The notes under the pieces: generated by a model | Database searches by the model: none | Told to the model about the DNA's origin: nothing | Seen by the model: the letters and a program-made list of their open reading frames with translations, nothing else | Source: Octopus sinensis | Taxonomy: Eukaryota | DNA length: 64,000 bases | Direction of reading: 5' to 3' | Assembly: GCF_006345805.1 (NCBI RefSeq) | Contig: NC_043013.1 | Location: 31,372,001 to 31,436,000, forward strand | In this document: one piece after another, positions 14,091 to 27,461 of the stretch | Layout: each line of letters opens with the position of its first letter | Numbering within the stretch: position 1 is the first letter of the stretch | Position numbers and translations under genes: made by a program

Positions 14091-16801
14091 ATTGTGTTTA
14101 TTTTTACATCTATGTATATATGACAGTTTTTTTTTTATATATGTCAGTTGACATTAAAGTGAGTGCCGATGGAACAGTCCTAATTCCTTGTCTATAGAAT
14201 CATTGTTGTTGCATTGCTGACCACAGTATCTATTACGTTTGCTTCTTTTTTCACTCGATAAAATTATATTTGACCAAATCTTTATTGCCATTATATAGCA
14301 GATGGTTTAGTCCATAAACTTTCTTGTACATGTGTGCGACATATCTGATCTAGGTTTAGTTATCAGCATAGAAAGTTTCCTATATGTTACTGAACAACTG
14401 CAGATGACGCTCAAAATTCATAGCTCAATGAGTGAGCACACCCTGACGTTATAATAGAAATCGATGAAGTGAAATTTAGTGTACATAATGCGTACAATGC
14501 CTAAACTCCATGTAGACAGTACGGGGATTATTTTAATAGGTGTCAAATATAATCTATCAGCTGAAAAATATGTTTGCTAAACTGCTGAGAGCGTTCCGAA
14601 GAAACGCCATAAAGTCATCATAAACTTGACAAGTTCTCGCAAATTATATCATTACTAAATTGCTTCTGTAGTTTTCCTGTATCTAGGGATATTTAAATTA
14701 TAACACTGTAATTAAAATACAATGAGGTATTTAATTACTTACAATATACACGCCTTTTCAGAATTATATTTAAATATCATAAAAATTTTAATTATGGTAC
14801 ATACCATTTGTATTCATCTTCCCTCTTTTCATTGATTGTCGCTTTTTGCAATTGTAAGGGAATGGAATCTGCAAATTAATCATATCACAAAATGGACTTT
14901 TATGCTGCAATTATAATTTATATTCTATATTTTATTTTCCAAGTTTTAATGGTTTCCATGTAACATATGTTTTTTTTATTTTGTTTTGGTTCTTTTTTAA
15001 GATTGCAAAGATTTCTAACTGAAGATATGATCAATTTTCTGGGAAAAATTAAGTAAATATTCAGAACTTGTCATTTCGGTTTTTCTTGCTCGTTTATCTT
15101 TTACTTTGTGTTTTCTATAATGAACAACGCCATGGAAAAGCACCACATTCGGAGTTGAATATTTCGACCTGTATCATAATTGTGCATTTCCAGGGGCTTA
15201 ATCATCGTTTTGGTAAATTCTTCAGCGGTGAAAAAACGTAAGTATTAAATTGGAATGAAAACAAACTAGCGTATTTCAAAATGGCAAAGAAGCAAATGCT
15301 TCCTTGGACTTAATATATTAAAAGAAATATTTCCTGATATCAATGGTTTAATGATATCATCTATTTGGAAAATTGTAGATTTCCACAGGCGAAATTTATT
15401 TTAGTTTTGGAAGCAAGGAAATACTCAATATCATATTTAATCTTTTCACAATTACGAAATTTCTTTTCTTTCTCACTAATCTTGCAATGGACGGAAAATA
15501 TAATAGCTAGATGCAGCAAAGGATGAGGTGAATTTCTATATTTAGTACCATAAAGTGGTGACTTAGGCAATATGTGGTCTTTCATTATGGTGTAAGAGCA
15601 ACCCGATGCAAGGACGGTGGGTGTTTTACGATTGAAGAATAATGGCAAAATTTTCTGCAAATTTTTTGTGTAATGCTTCCATTCAGAACAATAATTCTGC
15701 GCATTAACTATTTAGATTTAGCTTATAGGTATTGCAGAGGCAGCCAAAAAGCGATCATGATAAAAATGCGACAGGACTTTCCAGCATAATATAATCTCAA
15801 ATTTACGCATTCCGATTCTATCATTTCAATATTTCCCGTTTCAATTTAGGTAAAATGCTATTTTTCACATAATTATTACAGTTATTATTAGTCCTCGCCG
15901 CTCTTCATGATTACATTTATCAAAAGATTTCATCACTACCTGAAGATTTCATTGTCGATAACCTTTTCAACTGTATCATTGCGCATTTGGATACCTGCAA
16001 CGAACCATATCTATGATGGTGAACATCACTCCGTGAATGTATGGACTTTGATCTTTTCAGTATAACTTGAGTTACTTTTTGTTTACTATGTTAGCAATCC
16101 CTGCGCATTCCTTCATCTACGGTGTGTATGCATACATTTATGTATGTATATATCTATGAATGCATGTATGTATGTATATATGTGTAATACTATTGTCGAA
16201 AGTAGCGGCGTAAATAAATAGTATGGCCTTATAAACTGATTAGCTTGAATTGATTCCTTTATGTAAGGTATTTACTTTATTGTGTATTGTTAAACCAGAA
16301 TAATTACTAGGAATTTAAATCTGACATTCATTCTGACATAATTCCAAAATTAACAATTTGGTTAAATGTCAGTTCTCATTTATTTTATAATCAACGCAAT
16401 TTTCTAATGTAGTTTTGTTACTTGATACCGATTCCAAGGAGAGAAACAACGCTACATTCACTCTTTCAATGGCCGGAAAAAATCGACATGTTTTACTTCA
16501 TTATAAGTCATTTTCCAGAGAACTGTTCATCATACTGCTTTAGGTTACAGTTTTAAAACGAATTTTACAAGATTTTCCTATCTGTACAACGTTCTGTTTA
16601 TTTCCTTTATGTTGGGATGGAGAAATAAAGACTACGCTAAGATCGACTCACCATAAGTGTAGTTCTGCTATATGACTATCAGTGACTTCACGAGAACTAA
16701 AAGTATTGTGAGTTTTGTACAAACGTAATTCGGTATAGAGAAAAAGTGATTCATTATGCACAATGCTATTTATGGCTTTACATTTTCATATATCCATCTA
16801 C

Positions 16802-16861
<60 letters not shown>

Positions 16862-17004
16862 TGTTGTGGATTTGCACTTCGGCATCTGAAACTCAGAGTT
16901 TTATCTTGACTATTGAGTAATTGTACATATAATTTATGGATAAATTTCCTCTATTTACATAATATTGAGGTCTCTTTTTTTCTTTTGTTATCTTACCGTC
17001 TTTA

Positions 17005-17074
<70 letters not shown>

Positions 17075-18503
17075 GGGTGTATTGTACCCCTTCGCATACA
17101 TGCATCATTATGCATATTGTGGAATGATAAATTTTCCTTGTGTAATGAATAATGATTGAATGTAGGTGAAATTTTGTTCATTGACTTTTATTATACATTA
17201 AACATAGTAAACATAGAGTGTTTTTCAAAATGCTAACTAAGCTGTTTGAAAAACACACCATATCGTATTTTTACTGCTATGATGATTCAATGCCCAGGCT
17301 AATTTCTGTAAAGTACGTTTAATTCATGTTTGTTTTTGTTTTTTTGTGTAATCAATTTATAGTAATCGAATGTAACTGATATTAAACAGGAATACTGAGG
17401 TAACATTGGATAGTTCTTGTAATTTAGAAAGTATTATCCTTAGAACACTTTTGGATAATGGCCTTTTCTTTCCTGAAGACTGTAGTGTTGGATTCAAACA
17501 TTATTCATTGGTTTATTTCAGTTAGTTCAACCGATTACGCACACGCTTCTAATTTTCGAAATAACGAACAGCAGGTTATATAACATTTCATATTTATTTA
17601 CATATATTTGATATTTAAGGCCTGCGTTAGTCTCTCTCTCTTTACAACGTCGACAAAATTGCTCTAGTCCATTAAAAATAAGTACTCAGAAAAAAATATT
17701 AAATGATAGTGTTACAGGGGGCGATATTTCTAAATCAAACGCCGGAAAAGATCAATTAGGATGTATATAATTAAGTAAGATTTTGACTACAATGAATTTA
17801 GAGAACAACCGAAATATTTAGCATGTGACAATTCAATCTAAAATATTACTCCCATTATATATTTGCTACATTACCCTACATACCTATATTTAATGCCCCA
17901 TATTTGCTACCTATGTGTGTGTATTTATATGTGAGTGTGCGTGTGTGTGTGTGTGAGTGTGTGTATCATGTGTGTGTAGGTGTGTGTGTGTGTTTGTGCG
18001 TGCAGAATGTTTCCAAAATCATTAGTAATCAAATCGTAAAATAAGCGGCAACTTAACCATATTCCATGTATACCAATCCATGCGGAAGCTTGTAAATATC
18101 GCAAACACTTCAGATTAAATATTCATAATTCTATATACAATATTATCGCAGTTGACGTGCAAGATTGTATTTATAATGTTTCATCATATATTTTCATTAA
18201 AGTAAATATTGATCATACATTAATACGCATAAATGCTACTGAATATTATAAATAACTTTATGTACCCATAAGGCACTAACTATCAATACAGTTTATGAAT
18301 ATCTGTACTTTTGCCTACATGTGAAAGACACATTTAGAAAAATTAGATAATATATAACGTAGAATATAGTTACATCTTGGAAATAGATATTTCATGAGTC
18401 TCTAATAAGAACATCATATTTGTAGCATCCGATTTATATTTTAACTAAAGAATGTTCAACAAGCGGTAGCTGAACTCAATGATGTTCAATATGTTCTTTG
18501 ACA

Positions 18504-19062
18504 AAGGCGGCGAGCAGGATGAAACGTTAGCACGCCGGGCAAAATGCTTAGCAGTATTTCGTCTGTCATTGCGTTCTGAGTTCAAATTCCGCCGAGGTCG
18601 ACTTTGCCATTAATCCTTTCGGGGTCGATTAAATAAGCACCAGTTACGCACTGGGATCGATATAATCGGCTTAATCTCTTTATCTGTCCTTGTTTGGCCG
18701 CTTGTGGGTAGTAAAGAAATAGGTATTTCGTCTGCTGTTACGTTCTGAGTTCAAATTCCGCCGAGGTCGATTTTGCCTTTCATCCTTTCGGTGCCGATTA
18801 AATAACTACCAGTTACGCACTGGGGTCGATATAATCAACTTAATCCGTTTGCTTGTCTTCTCTGTGTTTAGCCCCTTGTGGGTAGTAAAGAAATATGTAT
18901 TTCGTCTGTCTTTATGTTCTGAGTTCAAATTCCTCCGAGTTCAACTTTGCCTTTGATCCTTTCGGGGTCGATAAATTAAGTGTCAGTTGCATACTGGGAT
19001 CGATCTAACCCACTGGCCCATTCCTCAAAAGTTTCGGGCTTTGTGCCTTGAGGAGAATAGAA
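18504..19062 (+). mobile_element. tRNA-derived SINE with one head and three tandem ~170 bp body units
   Basis: Head GGCGGCGAGC...GTTAGCACGCCGGGC. The unit starting GTATTTCGTCTG recurs at 18554, 18723 and 18897; the last unit has a different tail. Confidence 0.9.
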
Positions 19063-19084
19063 TATGTTCATTGACAATATAAAG

Positions 19085-19255
19085 TTCGATAGCTGGTGAA
19101 ATCGTTAGCATGCTGTACAAAACGATTCGCAGAATTTTCTCTGTCTTTACGCTCTGAATTCAAATTTTGTCAAGGTCGTCTTTGCATTTCCTTATACGGA
19201 GTTGCTAATATAAGTAGATGCAATCGATTTAACCCACCGTTCCAAAATTGCTCAT
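19085..19255 (+). mobile_element. Decayed copy of the same SINE
   Basis: AAATCGTTAGCATG...CTTTACGCTCTGAATTCAAATT...GGTCGTCTTTGC. Confidence 0.65.
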
Positions 19256-19907
19256 CCATAAGAGATTATATTTATCTGGAAAGTAAGGCTTATATTCAAG
19301 GGTTTTCATCGCAAGAATATTCAATCGTTCATTGAGCACATTAATCAGCAGTTAAAATATCCATTTTATTGGGTGTAAAGGTTTCCGTGCCTATCACCGA
19401 TGCTACTTCTAGTAGGTCAATCATTCATTAGCATGCATTTTCATGGTGTCTCTCTCTTGATGATACAGTAATGGAGCGCAAAATAAGCAGAGATTTAAGC
19501 TTATACTTTCATTAAAAAAATACAAATTGTTTTTTGTTTTGGATATACGTGTTTATCTAAGAAAATTCCCCCTTTTTGTCAATATTATCATAGCCTCCTA
19601 ACTTAAAAAGGAGATATGTAATAGCCACCACTTGCATCAGGACATCTTACATCTCAGCAAGAGAAAAGGTGCTTATTTTAACTGAAAAATTGAAAAATAT
19701 TTCAATGTGAATTATAAACTAAGGTTGTTTCTCAGTTCTTTTCATACCCATATGTATCAATAATATTTGGGACTCAATTTATCTCTGTATCTTACGGTAA
19801 TTAAATACCACGCTTAGATATGCCTTACTTTAAACTCATGCACATATTTCAATACAAAACATGAACCATTTTTGCGGAAGATTTTGTTTTCATTATGTAC
19901 AAAGAAA

Positions 19908-19946
<39 letters not shown>

Positions 19947-19949
<3 letters not shown>

Positions 19950-20306
19950 TTTTACTTGTTTCAGTCATTATACTGCAGTCTTGAGAAATTTTAGCCCCAT
20001 TACCTCTTTTACATATTCTATCGCACTATTTTGCTGAGCGGTTTGGTTACGGGAACTTAAATACGCCAACACCGTGGTCAAATGGTAGTGGATTTCAAGC
20101 ACACTTATAAAGACACACTCACATGCACACATATGTACGTATGAATATGACGGGCTTCTTTCAGTTTCCGCAAGCAAATACGCTCAAGGATTTCATCGGC
20201 CCGAGTCTATGATAAAACACACTTGTCCATGTTGCTACGTGGTAGGACTGAAACTGGAACCATGTGTTTGTGAAGCAAGGTTCTTATCACTCACCCAATC
20301 CTGCAC
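19947..20306 (-). mobile_element. tRNA-derived SINE (second family), reverse copy
   Basis: TACTTTTACTTGTTTCAGTCATT at the left end and GACGGGCTTCTTTCAGTTTCCG...GGAACCATGTG to the right; reverse complement of 13684-14090. Confidence 0.8.
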
Positions 20307-20318
20307 ATATAATATATA

Positions 20319-20393
<75 letters not shown>

Positions 20394-20914
20394 ATACATA
20401 CACACTTGCGCACGTGCGTGCAAAAACATACACATAGACACACATTAATAATTTTACCCGGCGTGCAAGCGATTTAGCCGGCTCGCTGCATTTGTTATAA
20501 AGATTAATAGATTCTTATGCGTAATACCATAAAGATTAATATTAATAAGAATGGGAAAAAAAACAGCAAAACAGTAAAACAGCAACTGATACATTTCGCG
20601 AAGTTACTTAATACAAAATAACGGAATTTGCAGTAGAAAATACAATACCCTCAATTTTGGCAGCTGAAAATTACTAGTTGGGACGTTGCTGTAAAACAGG
20701 AAGAAACATAGAAACAAGAAAATGAGATTCAATATAAAAAAGTTATGAATATTAATTTTTTTTTTAATGGGCTTAGTATACGAAACAGCTGTAGCTATAG
20801 CCTTGAACGTGCTTCTTCTCTTCCAAATATATTCAAACACACATATGTGATGAGAATGTTTATGTCTAATACACACACGCCCACACATGCATACACACGC
20901 GAACTCACACACAC

Positions 20915-20952
<38 letters not shown>

Positions 20953-21086
20953 GAATAAATATGCATATGTATATATATATGTCTGTATGTGTGCGTGTGT
21001 GTGTGAGTGCGCGTATGTATGCATGTGTGTGCGTGTGTGTATTAGACATAATACACACACACACACACACGCACATATATATATAT

Positions 21087-21128
<42 letters not shown>

Positions 21129-21172
21129 TATATTTACATACGTACATACGTGTATGTATATATACATATGTG

Positions 21173-21239
<67 letters not shown>

Positions 21240-21269
21240 ACATGCAGAAAGGAAATAGAAACTTTTAAT

Positions 21270-21660
21270 TTTCAAAATCTGTTTGATATTAATTGGCTGA
21301 AGGAGAAGTTTTCTTCTATCTCCTCGTCCATAATACCCAAGCTTATGCAGATGTGTAGCACACGTTCTTGGACTAACGTCTAACTGTTTGCAATGTCAGA
21401 ATCCTTCAAGTGGGGGTTCGTTTTCCACAATTCTCTTCAAACAGCGAAGCTTCCTTTCCAAGGGCCCAGGTCGCCCGGGACGAGAATATGTTTATTCTTT
21501 TCCTTGGCTCTTGAATTGCACTATAATTCTATTAAAAATAGCAAGAGGAATTCGAAGAATTTTCGGCTATTTTTCGCTGGCTTAGACTAGCCTCAGCTTG
21601 CCCAACAATACGACCTCGTTGAAAATCTGACAGTTCTGCTGAATTTTTTGTGCGTAGCAT
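21270..21660 (-). mobile_element. Tc1/mariner transposase N-terminal (paired HTH) relic, frameshifted
   Basis: Minus strand from ATG 21660: MLRTKNSAELSDFQRGRIVGQAEASLSQRKIAEN / RIPLAIFNRIIVQFK...SRPGRPG..RKLRCLKRIVEN...DIANSLDVSPRT...[17 protein letters not shown]. The ELS.F.RG.IVG, GRP and RRK.LL motifs are typical of Tc1 transposases. Confidence 0.8.
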
Positions 21661-22689
21661 GGTTACTCTTCGCAAATGTTTAATATAATAGCACCTGAAA
21701 TGAAAAAGCATAATTACATTGTAAATTCTATGCCGCTGGAAACATAGTAAGATGCTTAGATCAGAAATTTTGAAAATTTACGGTGTCTATTTACTTCCTG
21801 TGTGTCTTTATATATATAATCTTAAAGCTTATAGCGATCACCGTGCAATAAGTAAAGAATATAATCTAATAATGTGGCATAGAAGCCCTCGACAGAGGGC
21901 TTATATACCACATTATTTTACACATCCCCTCTATTCCACTAGTTACCTATATTTTATTAATGCTGTATATATAGAGAGTCTGTTCGAATGGAGAGCCATG
22001 CTGAAGTAGCTACGAATATTAATTGTCAGTATAACTACTGAGTTGATCTCTTAGAATGATGTTAGAACTAGCATTTTTGCATGTTGCAGTGTTTGCTTGA
22101 TATATACGTATTGCAGGATTTGCTTAATGTATGCGTATTGCGAGCTATTGCCTTCCATAGCAGACGAGGTGTCCACTATTGGAGAGTGGAAGAAATAGCT
22201 TGAAACAAGGACTAGTCTGCTAGTCCCGTCGCTAGACGGCTGTAGGGGTTCCAATGCTTTCAATTTATCGGATGCAGCTCTACATGTGTTGCCATGTGCT
22301 TGTTCTGAGGAGAGATGGTCGTCATATTCTTTTACTATTTCAACTAAGCAAGTTGAAAGACAAGGAGCTGCAGTTAGGTGAAGGTATTTTAATGTCGTCA
22401 GCTTTATATATTCAATCGCAACTATACCAAGAGAAACAATTCAATTTGTCGTCGAAACATAACTATGGGATTTGACATAAGAATAGAAAAATATTCATTG
22501 TAACCATGGAGATATATTGACGGCTACATTAAGATACGATTCTTGTACAGAGATTTGAGACGGACATGGATATATAGAGAAATAAACCAGAGAGAGACAG
22601 ACAGACAGCCAGACAGAGAGGAACATCTCTATACAGATACAAGCATAAATATTTGCATGTATATATATATATATATTGCTTTCATCACT

Positions 22690-23030
22690 CTCGCCTCCCC
22701 ACCTCCCAACACCATCACACCACACACCACTACACCATAGACCACCATACCACACAAAACATCATGTCACAACACACCACCACGCACACATCAGCACTGA
22801 CCACTTATAGACCCACATTTTAACACCTGCACATACACACGCGCACGTCAAGATAACCACCCTCTTCCACACTTACATACAAAGTCTCTTACACATACGC
22901 ACGCACACCTTCGTTTTGGGATCACCACTACTTTATTATCTCCCCTTCTCCCTAGCTCTCCTATGTAACCTTCTCTCCAGCATTCTCTATGATAGATCGC
23001 TAGCCACTACACTTTCTTTATTTTCTCTTG
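22690..23030 (+). mobile_element. Family-A PLE-derived element, AC-rich part only; truncated just before its hammerhead
   Basis: Reverse complement of about 46700-47030; shares CACCTTCGTTTTGGGATCACCACTACTTTATTAT and TAGATCGCTAGCCACTACA. Confidence 0.75.
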
Positions 23031-23079
23031 AGTTCGCTAGGAAAATTAAATAGAACCTTCAAACGCAATTGCTTTGTTA

Positions 23080-23870
23080 AAAACGAAACTAAACCATTCT
23101 GCAAGTTCTATGTAAGGGGTACCTGCTGGCATGTGTCATAGAAACAGGCTGCAGATTTGCTAATCCTAAATCCCATGTGAGGAGTGCTCGTTCTTTTTAC
23201 GTTTAGACAAGGACGATCAGCCTCGAACAACACAGTGTCAGATCACATGATACAATGACATCACCATATAAGGAAACAAACTGTTGATGCAGTGCTCATA
23301 GCGGCTGCTGAACAACTGGCTTTTTTGCAGGTTGCACAGTAGATTGTAAGGCAGCTGACGTGGCTTCACCAGACATCCAGTATGAGAAACACTTACCAGT
23401 ATCCGCGACCGTCTCAAACAAAAAGGATGCGTATGTCAGACCAGTGGCCACTACCCACACCTTACATATCACACCAGTATTTTTACTGAACATTAGGGTC
23501 CTCGTAACATCCTAAAAACGCCAAACTCAGTACCTGAGGGACTTGGTGACGTATTATGAAGCAATATGCGTGACACTAAGAGAAACACATTTGAATGTGG
23601 ACATATCAGCTGCTGAGATACGTACTAGGATATGTTGTGTTTCGAATTGACAGGAGAGAAAGGACACATGGTGGAGTGGCAATGTACACCAGTGAGACTT
23701 CCCAAAATGTTAAAGGATGGCATAATATGCCGTATCCACACGGGAGGTAGCAGAGCACATGCTAAGAATTATAGACTTGTCTCTCTACTTTCCCATGTCA
23801 GGAAAGTCATGGAACGCATTGTCAGAAGGAAATTCCTTGAAGATAATGACTTGATTCGTGACACCAGCAT
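23080..23870 (+). mobile_element. CR1/L2-group LINE relic: ORF1 CCCH-like finger, APE endonuclease N-terminus, then RT start after an internal deletion
   Basis: KPFCKFYVRGTCWH; LLNIRVL..YLRDLV..EAICVTLRETHLNVDISAAEI..GYVVFRIDRRERTHGGVAMY; then LPKMLKDGIIC.IHTGGSRAHAKNYRLVSLLSHVRKVMERIV..DNDLIRDT(QH). Contains stops and frameshifts. Confidence 0.85.
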
Positions 23871-23904
23871 GTGTGTGTGTGTGTGCATGTGCTTTTAATA
23901 TATA

Positions 23905-24135
23905 TATAGCTGATGAGTACGGGACTCGTTTATATGCTGTAATCTTTGCAACTTTAATAAAACCTGTCCTTGTATGAAACGATTACTAAAAACCTATCCA
24001 TTCTTGTTGCTTCTTTCTCGCTATAATCACCCCACATTACTGTATTGTTAAATCAGTATAGTTTTTTTGGTGCATCTAAGTTAGGTACCATATTCAAGTA
24101 AATTTTTTAAATTAACTTGAATCTTTATTGCTCTT

Positions 24136-24138
<3 letters not shown>
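23905..24138 (+). mobile_element. Family-B small element with hammerhead-like core, between two (TA)n tracts
   Basis: CTGATGA 23910-23916, stem II GTACGGGAC/GTCCTTGTAT, GAAA 23976-23979. Homologous to 46192-46524. Confidence 0.75.
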
Positions 24139-24194
<56 letters not shown>

Positions 24195-24195
24195 G

Positions 24196-24249
<54 letters not shown>

Positions 24250-24548
24250 CATATATATATATATATATATGGAAAATACCATTTCAAGGATGGTTGTCAT
24301 GTGCTTCATCACAAGAAGATGCTTGCACAAAATTTTTGGAAGTTTGATATATTTTCTTGATATATTCTTCAATGAAACCATTTTCGTTCATGAAATTCTA
24401 TTTATATATATACAAATCTATTTATATAAATTTAAATCTATTTTTATACATGCAAATGACCACAAGTCGTACATGAAAAATATAAAACAACACTTGTTTC
24501 TTCTTCCACTTCTTCTTTTCTTCTCCTCTTTCTGTTCCTTCGTCCTTT

Positions 24549-24720
24549 TTCTTCTTCTTCTTCTTCTTCTTCTTCTTCTCTTCTTCTTCTTCTTCTTCTT
24601 CTTCTTCTTCTTCTTCTTCTCTTCTTCTTCTTCTTCTGTTTAACAAATTGATCGCCACCACCACGACCATCATCATCATCGTCGTCGTCGTCAGCATCAT
24701 CACTCGCATCAACGCCACCA
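24549..24720. repeat. (CTT)n followed by (CAC/CAT/CGT)n compound microsatellite
   Basis: Read directly from the sequence. Confidence 0.95.
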
Positions 24721-24894
24721 TCATAATTATCCTTATCAACGCTTATCATCCTCATTATAGTCAAATTTTCACGTCTGATATACCGCAACGGAATGGGTTA
24801 CACACCTTTTAAACTTTCCCTTAATTTATAACTTCATCGCCCCCCGCATACGCACACCTGCTTAACTGCCATATATTTTTTATTAATTATTGAG

Positions 24895-25750
24895 CGGTTT
24901 GTACTGATTCTATCCCTTATCTTGGCAAAAATTAGGAGTGCTGTCTGAAGGACGTAACTTAATTTGATTTAGTTATATCACTTGCATATTTTAGATTTTT
25001 ACAGTAAAAGATGATTTCAGTACTTCTGCTTTGGTCAATTACTATCCGATTCCTTTAATTACGTAGCCACGTCAAATTTGTTCCATAAAAGATAATTTGG
25101 AAATAATTTCCAAATTTCCACCACCATCATCATCCTCATCGTCTCCTCAAAATTGTTCTCACCTTCTTCTTTAACAACTTCACTATCATCATCTTCAATA
25201 ACAACATCGACAACAATTCAGATATACACTCACTCTACACTGAAAACATGTAGAGTTATTTTTCACGATAATTCTATTACATTTCTCGATAAATAATTAA
25301 AATATATAGTCTTCTTTAGATCAGATTTTTTTTTATTTAGTTCTTGCCTAATTAATTTTCAATTTATTCAAATTTTACTACGTTATTAAAATTTTCTGAG
25401 GTACTTTTGTGTAGAGTGTGCTATAGATAATTATCATTAAATTAACATTTCTATTATATAAGTGTGAGTGTGTGTGTGCGTGTATGTGAGTGTATATAAT
25501 ATATATATATGTATATTAATTAGTGCATTTCCAAATCGGTTTGTACTGATTCTCTTCCTTATCTTGGCGAAAATTAAGAGTGCTGTTTCAAGGACGTATC
25601 TTAATTTGATTTAGTTATATCACTTGCATATTTTAGATTTTTACAGTAAAAGATGATCTCAGTAGTTCTGCTTTGGTCAATTACTATATGATTACGTCGC
25701 CACTTTAACTTTATGGCATGAATGATAATTTGGAAATAACTTCCGAAATT
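24895..25750 (+). repeat. Direct repeat of ~215 bp (24895-25117 and 25537-25750), offset 642 bp
   Basis: CGGTTTGTACTGATTCT...TTAATTTGATTTAGTTATATCACTTGCATATTTTAGATTTTTACAGTAAAAGATGAT...CTGCTTTGGTCAATTACTAT occurs twice with few mismatches. Confidence 0.9.
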
Positions 25751-25802
25751 TTTCGTTTCCTTTCTTTGATTTTTTTATTTATCGCAAAATGTTCTCATCG
25801 TT

Positions 25803-25840
<38 letters not shown>

Positions 25841-25958
25841 TATCATCATCATCATCATTATCATTATCATCATCTTTAATAATTACCATTATCCTCATCA
25901 ATATTGTCTCTATTTTTCAATGCTCTGATATCTATCTAACTATATATATATATATATA

Positions 25959-26009
<51 letters not shown>

Positions 26010-26185
26010 TATATATAATATATATATATATATACATACATACATATATGTATATATATATATTTATACATGATCGTACTCTAATAACTGATAGAAGTAC
26101 CAAAATAAAATATAAATATGCGTCTTAACATATATATGATACAGATGGATAAATATAGATATACAGATAGATAGATATATAGATG

Positions 26186-26233
<48 letters not shown>

Positions 26234-27143
26234 CATTAATTAAAATTTTAGGGTACCAATAATATTCATGTTAGTTACCAGTGGTCTAGAGAGAAAGAAA
26301 AAAATTAGTAGATGAGTGTGTGTGTATATATATACATTTCGTTTTCGTATACACATATGATTGTATGAATACATATGTATGGATATATACATATATTTGG
26401 ATGTTTCTATGTTTTGGCGTTTGTATGTATGATGCCCATGTTAGTTCACTTGAATTGAATTTCTGTATGTATGGAAATAAAGTTCGACTGCAATTTATTT
26501 TTGTAGAAGTTCACATGAAAATTTGTTCTAATCCTCTGAATTGTAATGTCGAACTAAATGCTGAGTGACAGAAAGTTTGGTTCAACAGTACAATAACATA
26601 TTCGTCTTAAATATGCCCTGACATACACACACACATACATGTATATGCATGATGCATATATATATATTATATATATACATATACATATATATATATATAC
26701 TACAGATATAGGGTGAAAACTTATTAATTTAATAAAAATGAACAAAATTCACCTAGTAGTTTTTCGATATGGAAAAGAAACATATTCGATAAAAACTTAT
26801 ACAAAAAGTTTGTTATATATATAATTATAACAATAAGGGTTTAGCAACAAGTTGCTTGACCACATACCGAAAATATTAGAAATAGCAGTCAAAAGCAGTC
26901 TTTTGGCTGGTTATTGAACTGTTGTTGCAATTTACTTTAGTTTATGCGGTGTATACGCTGCTCTAAATTAGTAGAGCTACTGTAGGATACCTTAACGGTG
27001 AGCCGATTAAAAATAGCATGGCATCGATCTTCTAAATTTTTTAGCGGCATTATAATAAATTTTATGTCATTCGAAAATTTTATTATTAGCGGATAGTATA
27101 GAAATTCTTGTAGAAATATACTTAATTAATCCCCGTATAAGCG

Positions 27144-27371
27144 AGGGTGTGGATGGTTGCATGCTAAATTTACGTACTTAATATGATCATTTGTTCTATG
27201 AAAGGATTCAAATAATCCAGTATCAAGACAGAAGGTATGGTCAAGAAAATTTACTCTACGATAGTCCTGTCCTATAGTAATGTTTAGTACGAAATTTTTA
27301 AAGAACCTAAACAAATTTTTCCTATGCCTTTCTAAATATACTTTGCTACTTCTGTCATCCCTATATAGACA
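27144..27371 (-). mobile_element. Penelope-like element reverse-transcriptase relic (catalytic YRDD region to thumb)
   Basis: CLYRDD..KVYLERHRKNLFRFFKNFVLNITI...RVNFLDHTFCLDTGLFESFHRTNDHIKYVNLACNHP. The YRDD, VNFLD.T and Y....SNHP motifs are characteristic of PLE RTs. Confidence 0.85.
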
Positions 27372-27425
27372 TCTTGCATGCATGTATGCATATATATTTA
27401 TCAAAATGTATGTATACATACACAC

Positions 27426-27461
<36 letters not shown>

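Noticed and set aside
18554-19062. Regularly spaced repeats suggesting a CRISPR-like array
   Set aside because: Whole ~170 bp units are homologous SINE bodies with no unique spacers, in a eukaryotic context without cas genes.
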